NCBI GenBank assembly: GCA_044892525.1
Contig: CM097887.1
Coordinates: 93,846,397-93,910,396, forward strand
Reading direction: 5' to 3'
Length of the DNA stretch: 64,000 bases
Origin: Schmidtea polychroa
Lineage: Eukaryota
Shown here in pieces: positions 37,271 through 47,900 of the stretch. The number at the start of each line of letters is the position of its first letter. Within the stretch, counting starts at the first letter, position 1. A program made the position numbers and the translations under genes. The notes under the pieces are model-generated. The model was not told the DNA's origin, did not search any database, and saw only the letters and a program-made list of their open reading frames with translations.

Positions 37271-38950
37271 CGTCCCCCCCTTAGTTGGGTATTCTTTACC
37301 ATCGCATTTTCTCCGTTTTCGTAGAATTCGTTTACATTTATCGCATATTTATTATTTTGTGGTACTCTCCAGGTTAATAATAATTTCATTGCTTCTAGAT
37401 TTTTCCGTACCGTATTCCATTGAAACTGAGATGTGTTTTTGCACATATTTTCAACTTCTTCTTTTGTCGCATTTTTGCAAATAAATCTGATCATTTCTAG
37501 GTTTGGCTGTATGGTTGCCCAGTCCAAGGTGGAATTTCCTTCATTGGACCTTTCGTCTAGTTTCGATCCTGATTGATGTAGGATGTGGAGTGTTTTTGGG
37601 TGTATTTTTGTTATAGCTGCATACATCATGGCGGTTTCGCCTTGTTCATTTTTCGTGTTGGTTTCCTCGCCCATATCTCCAAGGATTCTCACGATCGTTA
37701 TTGCTCTATTTTCTTTCGCTGCTAGTATTGCTTGTTGTAGGGGTGTTCGGGAATCCTTCGTTACCATCGTAAATGCTCGAGGCAAGAAGGTTTTGATTTT
37801 CCCGATATCTAAACCCGTGGTTTGATCTCTTGCGTATGTATGTACAGCTTTTATTATTTTTGACAATATTATTTCGTCTGACAACTCTAGCATTTCCTCA
37901 AAGAATACCTCTTTCGCTTTGCGTATTATTGCCTCCTGATCTATACTCATTGATTTGGTTTCGATGACGTTGTTTATGACCGTTTGGTTCGTTGTTGACT
38001 TTGATTCCCTGGATTTCTCATACCTTATTTTCGTTTTCTTTCCGTTTGGATTATTGATTCGTTCCTCTGCTGTAAGTATTTGGATAATATCCAGGTAATT
38101 CTCGCGGATGTTATTCATTGTGTCCATCATATATAACACACTTACCGTTTCCCAATATTTATTTCGTACTTGGTTAGTAAATTGGAATAGTGATTTTTCG
38201 AATGTGTCGATTCGCTTTTTTGTTAACTGTTCGTCTTTGTGATTTGTGAATTTTATCCCTCGTTCTAGTAATTGATTCGGGATTTCGAATAAATGATGTC
38301 CTTTCATAGCTTCTCTCATCAGCGTGTTCTCTCCTCTCGTGAACGCTTCGTTTACGTTGATCATATAATCGTTTCGAATTGGATTTCTCCATGTAATTAA
38401 TATTCCGGTAATTGTCGTCAGTTTTTCTTTGATCGCTGTTAGCAATCCATCATACATGTTTCCGACTTCCCGATTGTCCTCATATGATAGTAGTTCCATC
38501 AATGACGTGAACGCCTCGGTACTTCTCCCTCTGATAGCATGATGTAGAGCGTTTTTCCGCTCGTGGTCTTGTGTAGTTATTTTCGATCCGGTATCGAGTA
38601 ATGCGGTTATAATGTCTTTTGTTTTTCCTCTGTTTGCTGCTATCATTAATGGTGTGTAACCTTGGTTGTTTGTTTGTTCTGTTGATCGCTTGCAGTCGTG
38701 AAATGCTTCTATTGTTTCTAGTATTTGCTCGTTGTTACCTACTTTCATGAGTTTGTGTAATGGTGTGTCTCCGTAATGATCTGTTATTGTAAATAATATT
38801 GGCCATTGGCTTTTGACTACTCGCAATAATGGGTGTGTCCTTTCTCTATTTGCATAGTTCTCGATCATCGTCAATAATCCTCCTAATATTTCGAAATCTA
38901 ATCGATCTTTTGCCCATCCAGGTATTTTAATTTTTACCTCTTTTACAATC
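37255..38950 (-). other. Ankyrin-repeat region C-terminal to integrase
   Basis: GDTPLH, GYTPLMIAANRG, KNALHHA, SRTPLQQA, GETAMMYAA, GNSTLDWA. Confidence 0.88.
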
Positions 38951-41900
38951 TTTTCCGCTTCTGATGGTTGGATACCCAATCGTCCGGTGATCGGTTCTGC
39001 GAGTTGTTGCATCATGTTCATTCGGTAGGTTTGCGAACGTGTGGTTAATGTACGGCCTTCTGGTTGACTAGTGGCTGTTTTTGGAATTGATTTGCATCGT
39101 GCCACGTTTACGTATATTGGTCTGGTAAAGGGGTTATTTACCAATTTCACTCTTACATTAGTTTCGCCTACGAATAAGATCTCATATGGTCCTTTTCCGT
39201 TGCGTTGCAACTTTTTTGTGGTTCCTGGAATTAATTCCGGGGTTTCTATCATTACCCAATCACCTGTTTGGAACGTATGTTGCTTCACGTTTTTCTTTCG
39301 ATCGTGTAAATCTTTATAACTTTCCTGGTAGAACTTGATATTTAATCCCGCAGTTTCCCAAATTTCTTGCATTCTTTCCTTGAATTTCGTAACATAATCA
39401 TCGATCTCCATATACTGCGATATCGGTGGTTGGTATTCCAGGTCCATTGGCATATTACATTCTCTTCCGTACATTAATTTGAATGGGCTCATTTTCGTTG
39501 ATGCGTGAATCGACATTCTGTACGCCATAAGACATAGGTTTATATATTCATCCCAATCTCGTTGGTGACGGTCAACGTAGTTTGATAACATTTGTATAAG
39601 TGTTCCATTAAATCTTTCCGTCATCCCATTGGTTTGAGGGTGGTATGGAGATGTTCTTAGTTTTGCTATTTTGAAGTAATTTGTTACTTCGCTCATTATC
39701 TCACTCATAAAATTAGTTCCCTGATCGGTTAAGATTTGTTTTGGTGTTCCATATCGGCAACATATCTCTTCTACCAAAATTTTTGCGATTGTTTTAGCTT
39801 TTTGGTCTGGCATCGCGAATGCTTCTGGGAATTTCGTAAGAAAGTCTGTGATCACTAGAATGTAAACGTTTCCTTTATCTGACTCTGGTAGTGGACCAAC
39901 TACGTCCATGGATATCATTGTCATTGGTTCTATTGGTACTGGCATTGGTGTTAAAGGTGCTTTCCATTTCGATCCAGTATTCTTCCTGGTTGCACAAGTT
40001 AGACAATTTTTTACCCATTCAGTTACATCTTCAGTTAACGTAGGCCAAAAATATTTCTGTTTCATTCTTGCTAACGTCTTTTTCGATGACATATGTCCTC
40101 CCAATCTCCCATCGTGATATTGCGTTAGTAACTCTTTTCGTCGGTTTTCCGGTATACACATTAATCGTTTTTCCCCATCCATTATCAGCAACCAATCTTT
40201 CTCTATAATATATCGGTGTCGGTGTTTATCCATATGTTCTTTTAATTTTTGGTCTTTCGCATATACCTCTGTCTTTCCGGTTTTTACATAATCGATAATT
40301 TGTTTTAATTCCGCGTCCTCTTGTTGGTCCTTTCGTAATTGACAGAAATCCAAATCTTCCGCTACTATTAAGCATATGCGTTGCATTTCTGAATCCACCA
40401 AATCTGGGAAAATAAATCTTGACATACAATCGGCGTTGGCATTTGCTCTTCCCGCTTTGAATTTTATAAATGGGGAGTATTCTTGCAATTGCATGGCCCA
40501 TCGCATCAGTCTACTGGACGCTTCTTTATGTTGCCCTAACCACACTAATGGTTGATGATCCGTGGTTATGCATATCTCATGTCCCCATAGTAAATATCGG
40601 AAGTGTTTGATAGCTTGTATTATAGCCAATGCTTCTCGTTCTGTTACCGAATAGTTCTTTTCGTGCTTTTTGAATGTTCGACTGTAATACCCGATTACTC
40701 TCTCTTTTCCCTCATCGTCTAATTGTCCCAAAATCGCGCCTGCCGCGTACCCGCTTGCATCCGTTGCCAATAGAAATGGCTTCTTAAAATCTGGGTGTAC
40801 GAGGATAGGTGCTTCGATTAGCTTATCTCTCAGCGTTTCGAACGCCTGTTGTTGTTCTTTTTCCCAAATGAACGAAATATCCTTCTTTACTAATTCCTGG
40901 ATTGGTTTTGCAATTCCTGCATAATTTTTGATAAATTTGCGATAGTATCCGCATAATCCTAGAAATTCCTGAACTTGGGTGACCGTTTTCGGTGCGGGAC
41001 ATGTTTTTATTTTCTCAATGTTCCTTGGATCTGGCTCCTTTCCTTTAGCTGACACTATGTGTCCTAAAAACGTGACTTTTTCCTTTGCCCAATCGCATTT
41101 TGATGGTTTGAGTTTGAGTTTCCACTGTCTTAATCTAATAAATACGTTTCGGATATCTTCCAGATGTTGTTCAAATGTCGCTGAATAGATTAGTAAATCA
41201 TCAATATATACCATACATTGTTTGATTCCATGGGTGACAAAGTTCATACACCGTTGAAATGATGCTGGTGCGTTGGTCAGTCCAAATGGCATTTTCCTGA
41301 ATTGATATAGATCTCGTCCCAACGTGAAAGCTGTTTTCTCTTTGTCCTCATCTTTGACTTTAATCTGCCAGTATCCACTTTTTAGATCTAAAGAAGTAAA
41401 ATATGCTGCCCCTTGCAACATCAATAACATCTCATTGATGTCCGGCAATGGATAGGTATCTCTCTTGGTCACTACGTTTAACTTCCGATAATCGATACAG
41501 AATCGTTGGGTGCCATCTTTCTTTTTTACCATGACCACTGGGAATTGCCAGGGTGAGCAACTTGGTTCGATTACTTTTGCGTCCAGCATCTTTTGTACTT
41601 CTGCTTCGGCTATTTCTTTTTGCATTTCTGCTAGCTTGTATGGTCTTAATGCAATTGGAGTTTCATCTATGAGGGGTATTGCATGTAGGGTAACATCGCA
41701 TGTACCCAAGTCTAAGTCTGAGATGGCGAATATATCTTTATATTCTACCAACAATCGGTGTAATTTTTTCTTTTCATCATTCGTCAACAACATACTATCT
41801 ATTGTCCATAATTCATCATCTTTGATCATCTCGTTGGTCACTTTCGGTAATTCTATGTCCATCATTGGGGTCAATCTTCCCAATTTTTCGTTCTCATAAA

Positions 41901-44900
41901 TGATTTTGTCTTCTTCTTCGAAATTCGTGATGTTGAGCGGTATCACTCCTTCTTGGTTTATTGTTATTATTTCTCTTGCGAGTGGTAATTCTCGTCGCTT
42001 TTCGAATGACTTGCTTGGTTCAAAGATAACTTCTCCTTCCATACCCGTATCCACTTTTATCTGACAAATCATCTGCGATTTTGCTGGTACTATTATTTTT
42101 TCTGGACATCTGATGACTGCATTCACTTTGCATATTCTACCGGTTTTGTCTTTTAAACACATGGTTGTTAAGTCAATTACGACTTCTTTTAACAATTCTG
42201 GCATCAAATCCGTTCCGATTATGCATGGTACGCTAAGTTTTGGTATTACTGCCAAATACGTTTCAATTTCGTTGTCCTGGTATCTCAATGTAGTCCACCA
42301 TCTTCCGACCACGTCCACTGTTTCTTTACTACATGCTATGATGTGAATTGTTGTTGATTCGATATCCTTCCAGTGTTTACTGGGAATTTGATTAATCGCT
42401 ATCGCCGATACATTAGCTCCTGTGTCTATCATAGCATTGGTTTCTTGACCATTGATTTGGATCATGACTGTCACTGCTGGACCTCCAGGTAGACTCATTG
42501 CTGCGATTGTTCTTACGTCATCTGCTTGATCTACACTTTTGGTACGTCGTGTTGGCATATAATGCATACCGGGTTGACTCGGTAATTGCGGATACATATT
42601 TTGGGTCATGGTCAAAGCTGCTTGTGGTCCCACGATATCCGGTGGTATATAGCTTCCATTGGCGATCCAGGTGTTTGTCTTTTCCTTTTCCCAATATGGT
42701 GCCGTTTCCATTGGTTTTTCGTTTGGGTTTCTGTTTGGATAAAGACATTTATCGTTCCCGTTATCATCGTCGTCACTATCGCTGTTAGATGATTGGCTTC
42801 TAAATCGGTCCAAGAATTTTGGCTTATTCTTTTTCAATTGTCGTCTTGTTGCTTCATCGTACATTACTTTCCGGAATCGTCTGCCTACTTCTTCGTCGGT
42901 TCCTTTAATCTTTGTTAATATTTTAATCAATCGCTTTATCCGATGAATGTCTTTTGAGTGACCATGTAATACCATGGTTTTAGCTAAAAATGGTAAGAAG
43001 CCTACTATCATTTTCCAGTTAACTTTCTTTTCCCGCTTGTATATATCGAAACAAGCTAACATTTGTGTTAGTATTACTCTGACTATCTGAATTATGAGTA
43101 TGATCCCTAATATCCCGGCCATCATTTGTCCAAAAACTAAGAATCTTCCCCACATTGCTTTCATCATGTTTGACGTAGCTTGTTGAAAATGGTCTGGCGA
43201 TAATAGCAGCTCGTAATTCGGGCCTGATTGATAGTTTGTGCCCCCAGTTATTGTTACCATATTTGACAAAATGGATTCTCGTCTGGCTGGGAAGAGTACG
43301 TTAAGTCGTGCTGTTTCTAGATCTTCTGGGGAATACATACCACCGTTTGACACGTCTATAGGTTTGAAATCCAGCTCTGTGGCGAGTTCTATTAATCCAA
43401 ATTTCTTGGGTTCCTCGGATATGGTTTTTCCCGGTAACATCATCCATTTCCCATCGGGTCTTTCATACAAAGGTCCGTATGCATTAGAACAGTTAAAGAG
43501 ATTTGGGTAGAAACCCACTGGATTCATAATTCTAGTGACTGGTTGGACGAATCGATTTTGTCCTTTATAACGAATTTCTAATTCATTTGCACATCTCTTT
43601 TCGGGTAGTATGGATTTTTCTGGCATTCGTGCATACGTCTTGGTACACTGGTATGTGTACATCACTTCTCCTACCATTCTACCAAAGTGTCCATCTGGTA
43701 ATGGGAGTGATGGCATCGTGTTATCGGGGTGCGTTATCGCAATAGCTAGCTTTGTTTTCAATATTTCTTTATTCAATGAACAATCGTTTTGTATCAGATC
43801 GTAATATACTTTTTGCAAGGTCGTTTGTCCGCGATGAAATAGAAAATCCATTTTATTATTTGCATATAAGTACAGTTTTACGTCCTCCGTTGCTATCTTT
43901 CCCACTGCTCTATCGATTATTTGTCTCGACATATAGATACCTGCGTAATTGGTTTTATATACTATACTGTCACATTTGGTGGTTTCTTTTTCTTTGATAA
44001 ATCTCATACCTAGATCTGGATCGTCTGTGATTAATGCTGTTGGTGTCTTCTGCGTTGAAAGTCTCTTTTCTCTGGGAGATGGTGGCATTGGTTTTCCATT
44101 TCGCATTCTCACTCTGTCGTTTCCATCCTCGTCGTTCTCGTTCTCATATATTTCTCCTTTTACTTCATTGAACAAAGCACTTTTTAACAGTTGGAGTCGG
44201 CATTTTTGGGTATTAGCTTCATAGATTATAGTTGATACTCCTGTCCTGCATACGTTTTCTGTAGCTCTACACGCTGGGTTGGTCTTCATTTGGTAATTAT
44301 TTGCGTCAAATTGCGCTTCGTATTCTTTTAATTCGACCGTGTAAGACTCGATCACTACAACTCCCGATATTACCTCGCCTCGGATCGTATACGTACCTCC
44401 GTTACATGACCCATCTGATGATTTTACTTTTCCGGATACGTAAACACTTTCGGTTTTAATCATTCCAGTTTGTCCGTGAATTGTCACTCCGTTATGCATT
44501 TTTAGCGCTCCGGTTCTAAATAGCTCTTTACAATCCTCTCGTTGTATTGATACGATTTCTTTATCCAGACCGGGTAGTATAAGAGTCGAATACGAATATT
44601 GTCCACAGTAATATGCGAGTACCTTTTTTGATACTACGCATTCCCTTGCTTGCGTTCTGATGAAATCTGATTCTTGATATACATGGTAAGTAACTTTTGT
44701 TCTCACGATGTCCAATTTGTTGGGTGAGGCTTGTCTGCATTCTTCTATATCTCTCAATGAGTATTTATCTCTCATTATCATATTATCACAATCGTAGATG
44801 GTGAAACCTGTTGCTCCACTTGTGCACAACATCCATATCATCATAGTCATCATTAACGAATTTATTGATGCTTTTCTGCTTGCGGGATCTTTCATCGGTA

Positions 44901-47900
44901 GTTCCCATTCTAGTTCATTTAACAGTTTTTTCAATCTAACTTGCATCGACCTTTCTTGCTCATTTTTCCGTGGCGCTTGTATCAGTCTTTTCCATCCTCC
45001 TGCACGAATAATATGTGGTTCAATAGTATTCTCTATGATTGAAACGGTCATTTCCACATGATTTGCGAACTGTTTATTTGGTATTTTCCTCGCAGCTAGT
45101 CCCATCAAATTATACATCAAATACGTGATTACCACTAGGTGATGTTCGTCATCATTTGCATTTGTCGTGAGCTGCTCAATCACTCTCTTTGTTTCGTCCC
45201 AATCCGTTTTGGTGGTTTTCGTTTTCTCTTTGATTAACTTTGGGATTATCCCCGAAATGGTGTGCCATAATTGTCTAGCTTCCGTACTGGCTACTTTCCG
45301 TTGCCACAAACGTCTAAGTTGTGGGTTTGTTATTATTAACATATCTTTTAACAATTCTCGTATCCATTTTTCTCCTCTTTCGATCGTTGGTTGGGCTTCC
45401 TTTAGATCCCATACTATTTTATCCAATTTTTCTAATCGAACTTGCCCTTGTTCTTGCTTTAATTGTTCTTTGGTTTTGAACTCAGACTTTTCTCCTTGTT
45501 TCTTAGGTCTTCCTTTTGCCCGTTTTTCCATCATCGTTCCGGCTTCTCTGGTATTTTCGTAATTCGGATTTTTTTCGTTATCCGTTCTGGGTAATGAGCT
45601 ATCGTTATTTCTTAGCCACTCATTCCATTCGTCTATTATTTTGTCGGTTTGACTTTCTGGTGTGACTTTCGTTGGTTCTCTTTGCTTCTGGAATTGTTCA
45701 TCCGTTTCGGTTTCCGTAGTATTGTCGATGATTTCTTTGATGTTCAGTTTCGTTGGTTGTTGATAACTCGTTGATGGCTGGTTATTAGTCCACATTTCGG
45801 CTCCTGTCGGCCATCTCACTAATAGCGGTGATCTTTCTCCTGGTTCATCGTCACTATCTTCCAGGATTATCTCTTCGACTTCTTCAGTTTCATTAGATTT
45901 ACTTGGTGCTTTGTTCGGACTTGGAGTACTCAAACTGCCTTTTGTTGGTTTAATAATTTTACTTTTCCTTTTTAACGGTTTCCCCAACGTTTCTGCCATT
46001 GTTAACACATTTGTCTCTTCCAATCTCATGGGTGTTATCCCGACGTCTGCATTATCGTCTAGTGATTTTCCGAACAGTTGCAGATGGAATGGAGTTTCAT
46101 ATGCTAATTTCTTTTTTAATTCTCTAATTTTTGTTGTTGGATGCACCTCTAGTTCCTCGATGCTCTTGTCCGGATACTTGATTCGGATGTGATACCTCTC
46201 CTGGGTGTCTTGTGCCCATTCCTGATTTCTCCATTTTCGAATAATTTGTTCTAGCTGTTCTGGATACCATTCATTATATTGCCGGTATTCCTCTATTGCC
46301 TTTGCCATTCCTCTCAGATTGTGGATATTCTCTGATGTTTTTAAGATGATATTAGCCAACGCTACTACCTGGCGTTTTTGATTTTTCGCTCCCATTGCTA
46401 AAATATCGCCTAATTGTTTATATCTTTCTTTCTCTTCTCGTTCTCTTGCTTCCGTCGCTTCCTCGCCGTCCATATCAGCATATTCACGCTCCTTTTTCCT
46501 CATTGCATGAATATGTCTCGCTTCATTTTCGCTTTCTGATGTGACATCCGTCTCGCTTTCGTCATCTGATGTCTGTTCCCTTGCTTCCTCTTCATATTCT
46601 GGAGGTTCCTCTTCTTCTTCCTCCGATTCACTTTCTGTCTCACCAATGTCTGTTTCTACGAAGATTCCTTTCCGGATTTCCCATTCCTTATTTTCTGCAT
46701 TCCACACTCTTTCCCATGGGGTTCGTCTGCAGGATCTGGTATTTAATTTCGTGATTTTTCCTTGTAGCTCTTTTTCTTTTAACCATTGTTGGTGGATTTC
46801 AATTATTTCTGTAGATTTCTGATATAACGTTTTCATCCGGTCTCGTATTTCTTTTTGATAGGTTACATCTCTTGTTCGAAATTCATCCATTGGTACTATC
46901 CTGATTATCTGGTGATTGTCCCACATACCCATTTCGCTTAACGAGGTGTCGTCCTCCGCTCGTAATATTATCTTATCGTACATCATGACTACATCATCCA
47001 CCATACCATCACTACTTTCGCTACGTACCTTTTCCGTTATCTCTAGGTTTATTTTTGATACCAAGTCATCCACTGTACTCTGATTGCTCATTTTTATTCG
47101 TCGTTTTTCTTCGTTCGGTAACCATATGGTTATTTCCAACCTCTGTGGCTGGGTTTCTTTTAACCTTCCATATTTGTGGATCAAATTTATGGTTCTCCAA
47201 TCACTCATTCGGAGCATTTCTGTATCTCGCAACCGGCTCATTAGTTCGTACATGGCTGGGGCTCGTCTGGTGATGAGTAAATCCCAGTTGTCTTCTACTT
47301 GTTCTTGAATTTGTTTGATCAGCTTATCCAGGTTTCGTCTCAGAGTACATTGTTTTATTTGTTCTAATTTCAATTTGATATTAAAATCATATTCTGCCTT
47401 GGCATCTTTAGCCCAGTCGTAAAGGTTGGCTGGTTGTTTTTCTTTATGCAACTTCAGTATTTGCGTTTCTCCTGGCCATATTAGTGCATCTACTAAGTGC
47501 ATATCTGGTTTGATCTGTTCTCCTTGGTATTGATACAGATATTCTTTCTTTCTCGAACTTCCCAAATGTTCTCGTATCCAATCGAAAAGTTCGTCGGTGA
47601 CTGTATTTTTTATCCACATTCTTTCAAGTCCTCTACTCGTTCCAATTTTTATTACATACCGCGTGGTATCGGCCTGCTTCATTTTTTCCATATAGTTTTT
47701 TATAATTGGTTTTTCCTCGTTTGGTATTAGATCTTTCTCGTTTCTTTCCAATTTCATCACTTTTTGCACGAATCGCCTGAATGGTATTACGTCGATGAAC
47801 TCTTGGTTCCTCACTACTACTGGGAGTATTTCGGCTACCTGTTTTATCGCTTCCTCCCTTGCTTTTCTCAACTTTATTTCGATATCTTCGTCTTCACTTT

